Below, in pieces: positions 11,385 through 26,435 of a stretch of DNA of 64,000 bases; positions within the stretch are counted from its first letter, which is position 1; each line of letters opens with the position of its first letter. Below the pieces are notes generated by a model. It saw nothing but the letters and a program-made list of their open reading frames with translations. It was not told the DNA's origin and searched no databases. The translations under genes and the position numbers were made by a program. The DNA comes from Pristiophorus japonicus (taxonomy: Eukaryota). The stretch covers positions 434,001-498,000 of the forward strand of contig NW_027254113.1 of the NCBI RefSeq assembly GCF_044704955.1, in the 5' to 3' direction.

Positions 11385-12845
11385 GAAGACCATAAGAATA
11401 TAAGAAATAGAAGCAGGAGTAGACCATACGGCCCCTCGAGCCTGCTCAGCCATACAATACGAAGATGGCTGATTCGATCATGGACTCAGATCCACTTCCT
11501 TGCACGCTCGCCGTAACACATTAATCCCTTATCGCATAAGAAACTGTCTATCTCTGTCTTAAAGTTATTCAATTTCCCGGCATCCACAGCTCTCGTAGGC
11601 AGTGCATTCCACAGATGTACAACCCTATGAGAAAATAAGTTCCTCCTCATTCCAGTGTTAAATGGACGGTCCCTTATTCTAAGATTATGCCCCTAGTTTT
11701 AGTCTACCCTATCAGTGGAAACATCCTTTCTGCATCCACCTTTTCGATAAGATCACCTCTCATTCTTCTGAATTCCAATGAGTAGATGCCCAACCTCCTC
11801 AACCCTTCCTCGTAAGTCAAGCCCCTCATCTCCGCAATCAACCTAGTGAACATTCTCTGGACTTCCTACAAAGGAAGTATAACCTTTCGTAAATGTGGAA
11901 AGCAAAGCTGTACGCAGTTTTCCAGGTGTGGCCTCACCAATACTCTGTATAACTGTAGCAAGACCAACCTGCTTTTATACTCCATCCCCTTTGCAATAAA
12001 GGCCAAAATTCCATTGGCCTTCATGATCACTTCCGTTCCCTGCATATTAACCTTATGTGTTTCATGCACAAGTACCCCTAGGTCCCGGTGTACTGCAGCA
12101 CTTTGCAATTTTTCTCCATTTAATTAAAAACTTGCTCTTTGATTTGTTCTGCCAAAGTGCATGATCTCACACTTTCTTACATTATACTCCATGTGTCAAT
12201 TTTTCCCCACTCACATGGCCTGTCTGCGTCCTTTTGCAGATTTTTTGTGTCTTCCTTACACATTGCTTTTCCTCACATCTTTGTATTTTGTATCGTCAAC
12301 AAACTTCTCTGTGTTATACTCGGTCCATTCATTCAATTTGTTAGTATAGATTGTAAATAGCTGGGGCCCCAGCACTGATCCCTGCGGCACGCCACCATTT
12401 ACTGATTGCCAAACCGAGAATGAACAATTTAGCCCAACTCTCTGTTTTCTGTTAATTAGACAATCCTCTATCAATGCTAATATATTACCCCAACCCCGTG
12501 AAGGTTTATCTTGTGAAGTTATCTTTAATGTGGCACGATGTCAAATGCCTTCTTGAAGTCGAAATACACCACATTCACTGGTTCCCCTTTATCCACGCTG
12601 TTCGTGACATCCTCAAAGATTTCCACCAAATTTGGCAAACAAGACTTCCTCTCCATAAATCTATGCTGAGTCTGCCTGACCGAATTATGATTTTCCAAAT
12701 ATCATGCTACAGCTTCTTTAAAATGAACTCCAACAATTTCCCAAACACAGATTTTAGGCTATCTGATCTATGGTTACCTGCTTTCTGGCTATCTCCTTTT
12801 TTTAAATAGGGGCCTTACATTTGCAGTTTTCCAATCTGCTGGGTT
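11385..12845 (-). mobile_element. 5'-truncated CR1-type LINE
   Basis: GVPQGSVLGPQLFTIY, KFVDDTK, VLVRPHLENCVQ; absent from the paralogous position in other units. Confidence 0.9.
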
Positions 12846-12984
12846 TTCTTGTGAAGTGCAATGATACATGACCTAGTCCAACATAAAGGGAGACCGGGTC
12901 TAGTGTAATATAAACAGAGGCAGGGCCTAGTGTAATATAAATAGCTACAGTGCCCAGTGCAATATAAATATAAAAATATAAGTA

Positions 12985-14998
12985 CATAAGAACTAGGAGC
13001 AGGAGTAGGCCAACTGGCCGCTCGAATCTGCTCAGTCATATAGTAAGGTCATGGCTGAACTGATCATGGAGTCAGCCCCACTTCCCTACCCGCTCCCAAT
13101 AATTTTTTATTCCCTTATCGCTCAAAGATCTGTCTGTCTCCGCCTTAAATATATTGAATGTCTAGCTTCCACAGCTCTCTGGGGCATAGAGTTCCATAGA
13201 TATGCAATCCTCGCAGAGAAGAAATTCCTCCTCATTTCAGTTTTAAATGTACTGCCCCTTATTCTGAGACTATGTCCCCTAGTTTCTTTCTCCCCTTTGA
13301 GTGGAAATATCCTCTCTGAATTCATCTTGTTGAGCCCCATCGTTTTCCAATCTTTCAGTAAAATCAGCTCTCATTCTTCTGAACTCCAATCTGTATAGGC
13401 CCAACCGACTCAACCTATCTTCATAAGTCAACTACCTCCCCTCCAGACTCATGCTAGTAAACCTTCTCTGGACAGCCTCCAATGTAAGTATATCCTTCCT
13501 TAAATAGGGAGACCAAAACCTTATTGCAGTACTCTAGTACAATATCGTGTACAGTTCTGCCCACTCACTTAGCCTGTCTATATCCCTTTGCAGATTTTTT
13601 GTGTCCTCACAATTTTCTCACCCATCTTTATATCATCAGCAACCTAGGCTACATTACACTCAGTGCCTTCATCCAAAGTCATGATTATAGATTGTAAATA
13701 GTTGGGGACCAAGCACCGATCCCTGCGGCACCCCACTAGTCACTGTTTGCCAACCGGAAAATGACCCAACTATCCCGACTCGCCGATCTGCTAGTTAGCC
13801 AACACTCTACCCATGCTAGTATATTAACACCAATCCTGTGAACTTTTATCTTGTGCAGTAACCTTTTATGTGGCACCTTATCGAATGCATTCTAGAAATC
13901 CAAATACACCACATTCACTGGTCACCCACTATCCACCCTGCTTGTTACATCTTCAAATAACTCCAGCAAATTTGTCAAACATGATTTCCCTTTCATTAAA
14001 CCATGCTGACTCTGCTTGATGCTTTTCTTAATGTCCCTCTACTGCTTACTGAATGGAATCCAGCTTTTTTCCAATGGCTGACGTTCGGCTTATTGACCTA
14101 TAGTTCCTTGCTTTTTGTCCGTCTTCTTTTTTAAATAGGGGGCGTTATATTTGCAGTTTTCCAATCTGCTGGGTCCGCCCCAGAATCCAGGGAATTTTGG
14201 TAGATTATAGCCAAAGCATCCACTATCTCTGCAGCCACTTATTTTAGGACCCTAGGATATAAGCCGTCAGGTCCAGGGGACTTGTCCGTCTTGAGTCCCA
14301 TTATTTTACCGAGCACTACTTCATTAGTGATCGTGATTGTAATACGCTCCTCCCTCCCTATAGCCCCTTGATGTTCCAATATATTAATGTTTTTAAATGT
14401 ATTCTACCGTGAAGACAAATACAAAATATTTCTTCAACGACTTTGCCATTTCTTTGGTCTCCATTATTAATTGCCCAGTCTCATCCTCTCGGTGACCAAT
14501 ATTTACTTTAGCCAATCTTTTCCTTTTTATGCACCTGTAGAAACTTTTACTACCTGTTTTTATATTTCGGGCTAGTTTACTTTCATAATCTATCTTCCCT
14601 CTCTTTATGTTTCATTATTTCTTTGCTAGGTTTTTAAAGTTTCCCAATCCTCTGACCTCCCACTCGTCTTGGCCAAATTGTATGCATTTGTTTGCAATTT
14701 GATACCTTCCCTTATTTCCTTAGTTAACCCCGGATGGTTATCCCTTCTCATGCAATGTTGCCTTCTCATTGGGATATATTTTTGTTTCGAGTTATGAAAT
14801 ATCTCCTTAAATGTCGGCCACGGCTCATCAGCTGTCCCATCCTTTTATTTATTTTCCCAGTCCATTTTAGCCAACTTTGCCATCATAGTGTCCTTCATTT
14901 AAACTTAGGACACTGGTTTGTGAATCGATTCTCACCGACCACCGCCCCCCCCCCTTCCCCCCGCCGCAACTGAATTTGAAATTCAACCATGTTATGGT
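12985..14998 (-). mobile_element. Decayed CR1-type LINE, paralog of 793-3866
   Basis: Same internal deletion pattern and flanks as the first-unit copy. Confidence 0.88.
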
Positions 14999-16077
14999 CA
15001 CTCATAGATTAGTACGGCACACAGGGTGGCATTCAGCCCATAGAGTCTGTGCCAGCTCTTTCGAAGAGCAATCCCATTAATGTCAATCCCCCGCTCCTTC
15101 CCTATATCCCTGCATTTTTTCTCCTTCAAATACTTACACAATTTTCTTTTGAAGACTACTGTTGAATCTGCATCTACCACCATATCATTCAGTACACTCT
15201 AAATCCTAACCAGTGGTTGCATAGAGAATTTCGTCTACATATCGCTTCTTGTCCTTTTGTCAATCACCATCCATCTGAAACAGTTTCTGTTTATTTACTC
15301 TGTCGAATGATTGATATTTTCAAAAAAGTCTATCAAATCTTCTCTTCGACTTCTCTCCTCTAAAGAACAGAATCCCATCTTCTCCTGTCTCTTCACATTA
15401 ACTGAAGTCCCTCATCCCTTGTACCATTCTATTACACATGCCCTCAACCGTGCCCCCTCCAAGGTGAGCAATCACATCTTCTCCAATCTCCACTTTAACT
15501 GAAGTCCCTCATGCAGGTACCAATCTACTGAATCACCCCTCACCCTTCTCTGCTGTATGGAGAACAGCCCCAGCCTCTCCAAGTCTGTCCGTGTAGCGAG
15601 AGCTTGCGAGCTACCGTACCGTACACACAATGGCAACAAGCTCCAGGCGGGCACTGGCCCATTCTCAACAGCGAGAATGGGGAGTGAAAACGAGAAGCTG
15701 AAAGTCGGCGATGATTTAAAACAATTTTAAAGATGTTACCCGTCTATTTTTTATTTATGAAAAGGAAAAATATCCCGACTGACCCAACGAGAATTTCTAC
15801 CCAGTGCCAGTTCCCCAGCCAACTCCCTCTCCGGAAAGGTCACCATTTTATTTCTCATCAGTTTGTTTTTAGGCAGGTGGATGAAATATATCCATTTGCT
15901 GTGGCTTTCTCTCTTATTTGTTAATATAAGGAATTGGGTGCAGAAAATTCAAGCTGAGGAATCCTCATCGATGGGAGCAGAAAATCTGCAAAGGGAAAAT
16001 AAGAAACGGCTGAGCTGAGAGAAGGATGGAGGTAGGGAGGAGTGGAGCAAGGAAGGGGTGGTGTGATGGAGGGGTGA

Positions 16078-16525
16078 ACATAAGAACATAACAATTAGGA
16101 ACAGGAGTAGGCCATCTAGCCCTTCGAGCCTGCTCCGCTATTCAATAAGATAATGGCTGCTCTGGCCGTGGACTCAGCTCCACTTACCCGCCCGCTCCCC
16201 ATAACCCTTAATTCCCTTATTGGTTAAAAATCTATCTATCTGTGACTTGAATACATTCAATGAGCTAGCCTCAACTGCTTCCTTAGGTAGAGAATTCCAC
16301 AGACTCACAACCCTCTGGGAGAACAAATTCCTTCTCAACTCGGTTTTAAATGGGCTCCCACTTATTTTGAGGCTGTGCCCCCTAGTTCTAGTCTCCCCGA
16401 CCAGTGGAAACAACCTCTCCGCCTCTATCTTGTCTATCCCTTTCATTATTTTAAATGTTTCTAGAAGATCACCCCTCATCCTTCTGAACTCCAATGAGTA
16501 AATACCCAGTGTACTCAATCTATCA
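16078..16525 (-). mobile_element. CR1 3'-end fragment inserted in the GGA tract
   Basis: YSLEFRRMRGDLLETFKIMKG...RGHSLKI...LWNSLP; ttatgttc tail. Confidence 0.9.
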
Positions 16526-17156
16526 TCATAACGTAATGAGGTGGAGGGATGGTCGGAGAGTGGGAGGGATGGGTGCGGGGAGGGAGAGATTGATGGAGGG
16601 AGGGATGGAGGTATGGAGGGCTGGAAATGGAAGGAGCGTGACACGGATGGTGGGAGGGAGTGATGAAGGGAGGGTGGGAAGGTGAGACGGTGGAGGGTGG
16701 GAGGGATGGAGGGAGGGAGGGATGATGGATGGGAGGGAAGGAGAGACGTGTGGTGGGAGGGAAGTATATTGGGAGGGAGTGATGGAGTATCTCCCATTTT
16801 ACCCGATCAAAACTCTTCATATTCTTGAGCACCTCTGATAAGTGGCCCATAACCTGCTCGGCTCTAAGGAGAACAATCCTAGCTTCCAGCTGCCATGATG
16901 GTGCAGCTCACACAGTGTAAAACTCAAGTTCCGTGACTCCTTCTGCCTCGGGCACTTCCAGATGTTCCTTGTGGAATCGCTGTCACTTTTATATCGACCC
17001 GGTGGAAACCCCAGTGTGGGAATGACATCCCAGGCAAGATCAGAGAACTCGCCCGTGATAATAAGCGGATCGAAGTAAGACTAGGCTCAGGCCCTGAACT
17101 TCAGGCAGGATGAACTGAATGACAACACTTTAAAATGCAAGCTGTGATATGTTCAA

Positions 17157-17595
17157 GCCTTGGCTCAGTGGGATCACTCTCGCCTCCGACTCAGAATGTC
17201 ACAGATGCTAAACCACACTCCAGAGAACTGAGCCCATAATCTATGCCGACATGACCGCTGCAAGTACTGAGGGAGTGCTGCACGGACAGAGCTGCCGTCT
17301 TTCGGGGCAAACATTAAACTACGGCCCCATTTTCCCACTCAGGTGGATTTAAAGGATTCATTGCACTATCTTAAACAGCTGAGGAGTTCTTCAGGGTTTC
17401 CACGGAAAACATTTGTCCCTCAAACAATTTCTGCAAAACAGATTATCTGATTATTATTTCATTGCTGTGTATGGGATCCTGCTCTGCACAAATTGGCTGC
17501 CACATTTCCTACATTACAACACTTCCAAAGTAATTAATTGGATTTAAAGCATTTGGGACATTATGAGGTCACGAAGGGCGCAATATAAATGCTAG
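17157..17595 (+). mobile_element. tRNA-derived SINE, paralog of 6997-7446
   Basis: Colinear similarity with the first copy. Confidence 0.75.
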
Positions 17596-18839
17596 TTTTT
17601 TCTAAATGTTAATATTTTTAAATACAAGGTGCGATATGTGAAACGCTCAGATATTACTGATGGTCACTGGTTGAACTTGTTTAGTTTCAATGGGTTAAAT
17701 CTTCCACGAAATGGAGATCCAGTGAAATAGCAGCATGTTCAGAGATGTTCCACTGATTTCAGCTGCAGAACTTTCAGAACTGAATTATTCATTTTAATAT
17801 TTATTTCCTTTGATATAAATCACATCTGTTCTAATTGAACAAAACTGAAGCCAACGTCACTGTTCGACATATTGCTACTTCTGTGTACCCACTGTCAATA
17901 TTCTTCAAATAAGCCATTGTTGTGAGTTGAGACTAATCAATAAGTGACTCTGTTGTCATGATTTTGCTGCCATGAACACTTCGTAGGAACCATTGAGGCC
18001 GTTATGCAAATAATCACAGAAATAGATGTCCCAGATTAGAGTATTGAGCATCAGAGACACCATGAATGTTTCTTCACCAACACAGCATTGAAATAAAGAT
18101 AGACAGAAATGCAAATCTCTCAACAGACTCCAGCAACAATTGTGTTTTGGTATATTTCACTAAATTTTATTAGAATAAAGGAAAGATGATACCCACGGAC
18201 AGAATGGGGAAATACTCCTTCTCGTCAGCATGTACAGCAAAATCACTAATGTGATAGAGGAGGTTTATGCTTAAAGTTGTACCTGCCCTGGGAGTGTGTG
18301 ATGGGACATTGTAGAGGGAGTTTTACTCTGTATCTGACATATGATGTACCTGCCCTGGGAGTGTTTGATGGGGTAGTGTTGAGGGAGTTTTTCGCTGTAT
18401 CTAACCCATACTCTACCTGCCCTGGGTGTATGTGATGGGGTAGTATAGAGGGCACTTTACTCTGTACCTGACACATGCTGTACCTGGCATGAGAATGTTT
18501 GATGGTGCGGTGTAGAGAGCGCTTTACTCTGTATCTAACACATGCTGAACCTGGCCTGGAAGTTACAGAGTTTAGTGCAGTAATAACTGAGACCGGGTCC
18601 AGTGTAATATAAACAGAGAAATGGTCTAGTTTAGAAATGGAAAACGTTGGGGCTAGTGTAACATAATCCATGTCCTGGTCTAGTTTAATATAAACAGAGA
18701 CAGGGTCTTGTGTAATAGGAACAAAGGCATGCCATATTGCATTAATATCTGATATCGGGCCTAGTACAATATTAATAGTTCTAGTGCAGTAATAACTGAG
18801 ATAGGGCCTCGTGCAGTAATTACTGATGCAGGGACATTT

Positions 18840-19260
18840 CTTTATTCGCTTCTGGCATATGGGTGTGGGTGTCGCTGGCAAGGCAAACATTGATGGTCTA
18901 TTCCTAATTGGCCTTGATAAGCAAATGGTAAGCTGCCCCTTGAACCGCTGCAGTCCATGTTATGAAGGGACCTCCACGTTGTTTGGTAGCGGGTTCCAAA
19001 ATTTGACCCAGCGACTATGAAGGAACGGTAATAAGTTCCTAAGTCAGGATGATGTGTGATTTGGAGGGATACACGGAGGTGATGGTGTTCCCATGAGCAC
19101 GCTGCCCTTGTTCTTCTTGGTGGAAGAGGTCGCAGGTGTGGAAAGGGCTGTCGAGGATATCTTGGCGAGTTGCTGCAAAGCATCTTGGGGGTTTTAATCA
19201 CTGCAGACATGGTGCGCCGTTGGGGGTGGGAGGGATTATTTAATGTGGTGGATGGAGTAA
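18840..19260 (-). mobile_element. 3' end of a second LINE family, clade unassigned (paralog about 37150-37565)
   Basis: Minus-strand YRSFIVAGS-like ORF end followed by ...gccagcgacacccaca...gaataaaa tail; present in two units. Confidence 0.55.
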
Positions 19261-19289
19261 AATAAACTTGAATGGGTCTACTGTAGTGT

Positions 19290-19885
19290 AGTGGAGTCTT
19301 TTTGTGTCCTCGTCACACATTGCTTTTTCTCCCATCTTTGTATCATCAGAAAACCTGGCTATGTTGCTCTCGATGCATTCTTCAACGTCGGTAGATTGTA
19401 CATAGAGGGGTTCCCAGCACTAATCCCTGCAGCATCCCACTAGTTACTGAATGCCAACCCGAGAATGAACCTTTGATCCTGACTCTCGGTTTTCTGTTAG
19501 TCAGCTAATCCTCTATCCATGCTGATATATCAGCCCCAACCCCGTGAATGTTTATCTTGTGCAGTAACCTTTTATGTGGCACCTTATCAAATGCCTTCTA
19601 GAAGCCCAAATACATCACAGCCACTGGTTCCGTTTTACCCACCCTGTTTGTTACCTCCTCAAAGAATTCCTGAAAATTTGTCAAACATGACTTCCCCTTC
19701 ATAAATCCACGCTGACTCTGCCTGACCGAATTTTGCTTTTCCAAATATCCTGCCACTGCTTCTTTAATAATGGACTCCAACATTTTCCCAAGCGCAGATG
19801 TTAGACTAACTGGTTTATAGTTTCCTGCTTTTTGCCTGCATCCTTTTGCAAATAGGAGCATTAAATTTGTAGTTTTCCAATCAGC
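19290..19885 (-). mobile_element. Internal CR1 RT fragment
   Basis: GNYKPVSLTSALGKMLE...[11 protein letters not shown]. Confidence 0.85.
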
Positions 19886-20927
19886 TAATCACCTTAACTC
19901 TGTGTCCTTTGTTCTCGATCTTCCCACCAATGGGAACAGTTTCTCTCTACCTACTCTATCTAGACCCCTTATGATTCTGAACACTTCTTTGAAATCTCAT
20001 CTCTACCTTTCAGCTCTAAGGAGAAAAATTCCAACTTCTCCAGGCTATCCACATAACCAGAGTACCGTATCCTTGGAACCATAATTGCAAATATTTTCTG
20101 AATCCTCTCTAAGGCCTCACATCCTTGCTAAAGAATTGGACACAATATTCCAGGTGAGGCTTAACCAGTGTTTTATAAACGTTCATCATAACTTCCTTTC
20201 TTTTGTACTCTATGCGTGTATTTACGAAGCCCAGCATCATGTAAGCTATTGACCATTGTCTCAACCGGCCCTGCCACCTTCAATGATTTGTGCACATATA
20301 CCATCAGGTCACTGTGTTCATGCACCTCCTTTAACATTGTACACTTTAGTTTATTTTTCCTCTCCTCATTCGTCTTATCAAAGTGATTCATTTCACACTT
20401 TTCTCCGTTTCATTTGCCACGAGTGTGCCCATTCTACTAGCATGTCTATGTCATCTTGAAGTCATCACTATCTCCTCACTGTTCACATCTACTTCCAAAT
20501 TTTGTATCATCTACAGATTTCGAAATTTTACCCTGTACTCCTCAGTCTAAGTCATGAATATAAATGAAGAAACGCAGTGTTCCTAGTACCAATCGCTGCA
20601 GAATACCACAGTATTCCTTCCCCCAGTCCAACACAAAATAACTGGTCACCACTACTCTGTGGTTCCTGTCACTCCGCCAATTATGTACACCATGCTGCCA
20701 CTGTTCTCTTAATTCTGTGGGTTTAAATTTTTATGGCAAGGATATTATTAAGGCACATTATCAAACAACTTTTAGAAGTCCACCACATCAACCTTATAAA
20801 CTACGACTGGGTAAATACTGCGACGGGGTCTGGTGTAGTGAAAGAAATAATGCCAGATAATTAGAGATTTATTAACCTCCTGCCAGGTACAAGTGCAGTT
20901 TCATTTTTACCATCATGGGCACTAATC

Positions 20928-21430
20928 ATAGAAACATAGAAAATATGTGCAGGAGCAGGCAATTCGGCCCTTCGAGCCTGCAGCACCATTCAATATGATC
21001 ATGGCTGATCATACAACTTCAGTACCCCACTCCTGTCTTCTCTCGATACCCCCTGATCCCTTTAGCCGTAAAGTTCACATCTAACTCCCTTTTGAATATA
21101 TGCAACGAACTGGACTCAACAACCTTCTGTAGTAGATAATTCCACAGGTTCACACTTCTCTGGGTGAAGAAGTTTCTCCTCATCTCTGTCGTAAATGACT
21201 TACCCCTTATCCTTAGACTGTGACTCCTGGTTCTGGACTTCCCCAACATCAGGAACATTCTTCCAAGATCTAACCTGTCCAATCCCGTCAGAATTTCATA
21301 TGCTTCTCTGAGATCCTCTCATTCTTCTAAATTTCAGCGAATATAAGGCTAGTCAATCCAATATTTCTGCATATGTCAGTCCTGCCATCCCGCGATTCAG
21401 TCTGGTGAACTTTGGCTGCACTCCCTCAAG
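20928..21430 (-). mobile_element. CR1 3'-end fragment
   Basis: RSHSLRIRGKSFTTEMRRNFFTQRSVNLWN plus tail. Confidence 0.88.
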
Positions 21431-21766
21431 GTGTATATCAGAGTTTTCTGGGTGATGCTGAGGTGATCACTAGACGATAAAGCGCAGAGACTGGCGTTTG
21501 GTTGCTCATTATCCTCGGTGTGATTTAATCCCGTTTCACACTGAATACTGCGGACAGAAATGGCCACCTTGGTAACAGAATGGCCAGAGTGACATCATTC
21601 TAAACAAGAGCACGCAAGAGAATGGGTTATCAATAAATGTTAAAGCTATTAAACGACCTGCAATTGCATTTTGAATGAAGTAAAATTCTGAAAAATATTG
21701 GCTGAAGCTAATCATTTGTCTTTGTGGAGTGCACTTGCAGACATTATGAATGTGTGCAAGTGTTTT

Positions 21767-21768
<2 letters not shown>

Positions 21769-21823
<55 letters not shown>

Positions 21824-21880
21824 AACACACACACACACACACATAAACACACAAACGGACAGACACACAAACACACATAA
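21769..21880. repeat. (CA)n microsatellite (also about 26379-26490 and 30978-31092)
   Basis: Direct observation. Confidence 0.97.
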
Positions 21881-23372
21881 ACATATACCAAACACTTTTG
21901 TGTTCTCTTTTCAGTTGTTCATTTCACAAGGTGAGAACATATTTTCCGGTCGATATTAGGACACTGTGGCCGCCCATCCGGCGGTGCTCTGAGATCACGG
22001 TTCCAGGCTCTGTCCTACATAATCAGTGGGTCACGTCAAATACTGGATGAAAAACAATCCTTAACGTTAAAGAACTTGGAGAAATAGGCACAGGACAACA
22101 CAAGTGTGAATTAGTAACCTCAAACCCACAGATTTTGCCAGTAGTTCAAAGTGCAGTGAATTGCTCACCTTCCGTCCTGTCCCTCAACCCCAGTCCATTA
22201 CTGGAAGATTGTTACAAGATTCACTCATCCTTTCAACACAATTATTACCGTCATAATAACAGATCAATTAGAGATTGCACACACGTGCTGATAGCTGTTA
22301 ACAAATCTAAGCATATACTTCCAAACAAAAAAGTATTGCATCCTCACACCCACACATATATACATCTTTATTTATATTAATATCTGTCAATCCCTCTTTA
22401 TATCTCCTGCCTATGTAACAGACGCATGTGCAAGTGCTGAAATAACTGAGCAGGGTCGATAGTATAAGAAATACAGACAGCGTCCAGCGCACTAATAGTT
22501 TAGACAAGATCTAATGTAATATGAAGAGAGACAGGCAAATTATTATAATATATTTCAGCCTAGGTCTATGGCAGGAATAACTGATGCAGTGCCTAGTGTA
22601 ATATAAACAGAGACATGGTCGAGTTTAATATAAACTGAGACGGAGGTAGGGATGGGTGCACGGAGTGAGCGATTGATGGAGGGAGCGATGGAGGAATGGA
22701 GGAGTGGAGCAAGGGAGGTGTAGTGTATTGGACGGGTGGAGTGCGGACGGAGGGAGGGAGAGGTGTGTCCAAGGAGGGAGCGATTGATGGAGGCAGGTAT
22801 GGAGGGCGAGGGGGATAGAGAAATGGAGTGATGAAGGAATGGAGAGAAGGAGAGGCGGGTGGTCAGAGGGAATGATGAATTATCTCCCAATTTACCCGAT
22901 CAAAACTTTTCCTGATTTTGAACACCTCTATTAAATGGCCCATAACTTGCTCGGCTCTGAGGAGAACAGTCCCAGCTTCCAGCTGCTCTGATGGTGCAGC
23001 TCACACAATATAAATCTCTTAAGTCTGTGAGTCGTTCTGCCTGGGGCACTTCGAGATGTTCCCTGTGGAATCACTGACACTTTTATATGAACCCAGTGAA
23101 AATCACAGTGTGGTAATGATATCTCAGGCAAGATGAGAGAACTCGCTCCTGATGATAAATGGAGCGGTGTAAGACTGGGCTCAGACCCTGGACTTCAGAC
23201 ATGATGAGCTGAATGGCAGCATTTTAAAATACAAGCTGTGATATGTTCAAGATTCGGCTCAGTGGGATCACTCTCGCCTCTGATTCAGAAGGTCACAGAT
23301 ACTAAACCCCGCTCGAGAGAGCTGAGCCGATAATCGAAACCGACACGCCTGGTGCCAGTACTGTGGAAGTGC

Positions 23373-26243
23373 AGGATGAATAAGGTGGATGAATTAACTG
23401 TGCAAATAGATGTTAACGGATATGATATGATTGTGATTACGGAGACGTGGCTCCAGGATGATCAGGGCTGGGAACTCAACATCCATGGCTATTCAACATT
23501 CAGGAAGGAAAGAATAAAAGGAAAAGGAGCTGGGGTAGCATTGCTGGTTAAAGAGGAGATTAATGCAATAGTTCGGAAGGACATCAGCTTGGATGATGTG
23601 GAATATATATGGGTAGAGCTGCAGAACATCAAAGGGCAAAAAACGTTAGTGCGAGTTGTGTACAGACCTCCAAACAGTAGCAGTGATGTTGGGGAACGCA
23701 TCAAACAGGAAATTAGGGGTGCATGCAATAAAGGTGCAGCATTTATCATGGGTGACTTTAATATGCATATAGATTGGACTAACCAAACTGGAAGTAATAC
23801 GGTGGAGAAGGATTTCCTGGAGTGCATAAGGGATGGTTTTCGATAGCAATATGTCGAGGAACCAACTAGGGGGGGAGGCCATCTTAGACTAGGTCTTGTG
23901 TAATGAGAGAGGATTAATTAGCAATCTCGTTGTGCGAAGCCCCTTGGGGAAGAGTGACCATAATATGATGGAATTCTACGTTAGGATGGAGAATGAAACA
24001 GTTAATTCAGAGACCATGGTCCAGGACTTAAAGAAGGGTAACTTTGAAGGTATGAGGGTGAATTGGCTAGGATGGATTTGCGAATAATACTTAAGGGGTA
24101 GACTGTGGATGGGCAATGGCAGACATTTAGAGACCGCATGGATGAACTACAACAATTGTACATCCCTGTCTGGTGTAAAAATAAAAAAGGGAAGGTTGAT
24201 GAACCGTAGCTATCAGGGAAATCAGGGATAGTATTAAAGCCAAGGAAGTGGCATACAAATTGGCCAGAAATAGCAGTGAACCTGGGAACTGGGAGAAATT
24301 TAGAACTCAGCAGAGGAGGACAAAGGATTTGATTAGGGCAGGGAAAATAGAGTACGAAAGGAAGCTTGCAGGGAACATTATGACGGACTACAAAGGTTTC
24401 TATAGATATGTAAAGAGAAAAAGATTAGTAAAGACAAACGTAGGTCCCCTGCAGTCAGAATCAGGGGAGGTCATAACGGGGAACAAAGAAATGGCAGACC
24501 AATTGAATATGTACTTTGGTTCGGTATTCACTAAGGAGGACACAAACAACCTTCCGGATATAAAAGGGGTCAGAGGGTCTAGTAAGAAGGAGGAAACGAG
24601 GGAAATCCTTATTAGTCGGGAAATTGTGTTGGGGAAATTGATGGGATTGAAGGCCGATAAATCCCAGGGCCTGATGGACTGCATCCCAGAGGACCTACGA
24701 CGGTGGCCTTGGAAATAGCGGATGCATTGACAGTCATTTACCAACATTCCATAGACTCTGGATCAGTTCCTATCGAGTGGAGTGTAGCCAATGTAACCCC
24801 ACTTTTTAAAAAAGGAGGGAGAGAGAAAACAGGGAATTATAGACCGGTCAGCCTGACCTCAGTAGTGGGTAAAATGATGGAATAAATTATTAAGGATGTC
24901 ATAGCAGCGCATTTGGAAATAGGTGACATGATAGGTCCAGGTTAGCATGGATTTATGAAAGGGAAATCATGCTTGACAAATCTTCTCGAATTTTTTGAGG
25001 ATGTTTCCAGTAGAGTGGACGATGGAGAACCAGTTGATGTGGTATATTTCGAGTTTCAGAAGGCTTTCGACAAGGTCCTACACAAGAGATTAATGTGCAA
25101 AGTTCAAGCACATGGGATTGGGGGTAGTGTGCTGACATGGATTGAGAACTGGTTGTCAGACAGGAAGCAAAGAGTAGGAGTAAATGGGTACTTTTCAGAA
25201 TGGCAGGCAGTGACTAGTGGGGAACCGCAAGGTTCTGTGCTGGGGTCCCAGCTGTTTACATTGTACATTAATGATTTGGACGAGGGGATTAAATGAAGTA
25301 TCTCCAAATTTGCGGATGTCACTAAGTTGGGTGGCAGTGTGAGTTGCGAGGAGGATGCTATGAGACTGCAGAGGGACTTGGATAGGTTAGGTGAGTGGGC
25401 AAATACTTGGCAGATGAAGTATAATATGGATAAATGTGAGGTTATCCACTTTGGTGGTAAAAACAGATAGACAGACTATTATCTGAATGTTGACAGATTA
25501 GGAAAAGGGGAGGTGTAACGAGACCTGGGTGTCATGGTACAACAGTCATTGAAGGTTGACATGCAGGTACAGCAGGCGGTTAAGAAAGCAAATGGCATGT
25601 TGGCCTTCATAGCGAGGGGATTTGAGTACTGGGGCAGTTGCTACAGTTGTACAGGGCCTTGGTGAGGCCACACCTGGAGTATTGTGTACAGTTTTGGTCT
25701 CCTAACTTGAGGAAGGACATTCTTGCTATTGAGGGAGTGGAGCGAATGTTCACCAGACTGATTCCTGGGATGGTGGGACTGACCTATCAAGAAAGAGTGG
25801 ATCAACTGGGCTTGTATTCACTGGAGTTCAGATGAATGAGGGGGGGATCTCATGGAAACTTTTAAAATTCTGATGGGTTTCGACAGGTTAGATGCAGGAA
25901 GAATGTTCCCAATGTTGGAAAAGTCCAGAACCAGGGGTCACAGTCTAAGGATAAGGGGTAAGCCATTTAGGACCGAGATGAGGAGAAACTTCTTCACCCA
26001 GAGAGTGGTAAACCTGTGGAATTCTCTACCACAGAAAGTTGTTGAGGCCAATTCAGTAAATATATTCAAAAAGGAGTTAGATATAGTCCTTACTATTAGG
26101 GGTATCAAGGGGTATGGCGAGAAAGCAGGAATGGGGTACTGTAGTTGCATGTTCAGCCATGAACTCATTGAATGGTGTTGCAGGCTCGAAGGGCGGAATG
26201 GCCTACTCCTGCACCTATTTTCAATGCTTCTATCTTTCTATCT
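23373..26243 (+). mobile_element. CR1-type LINE ORF2 (APE endonuclease plus RT), disabled; copy 1
   Basis: ITETWL, VYRPP, GDFN, SDH, NYRPVSLTS, YINDLD; catalytic FADD reads FADV; stops and frameshifts. Confidence 0.95.
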
Positions 26244-26397
26244 TAAATGTTACAGCTATTAAACGACCTGCAATTGCATTTTGAATGAAGTAAAATGCTG
26301 AAAAATATTGGCTGAAGCTAATCATTTGTCTTTGTGGAGTGCACTTGCAGACATTATGAATGTGTGCAAGTGTTGTGTACACACACACACACATACA

Positions 26398-26435
<38 letters not shown>

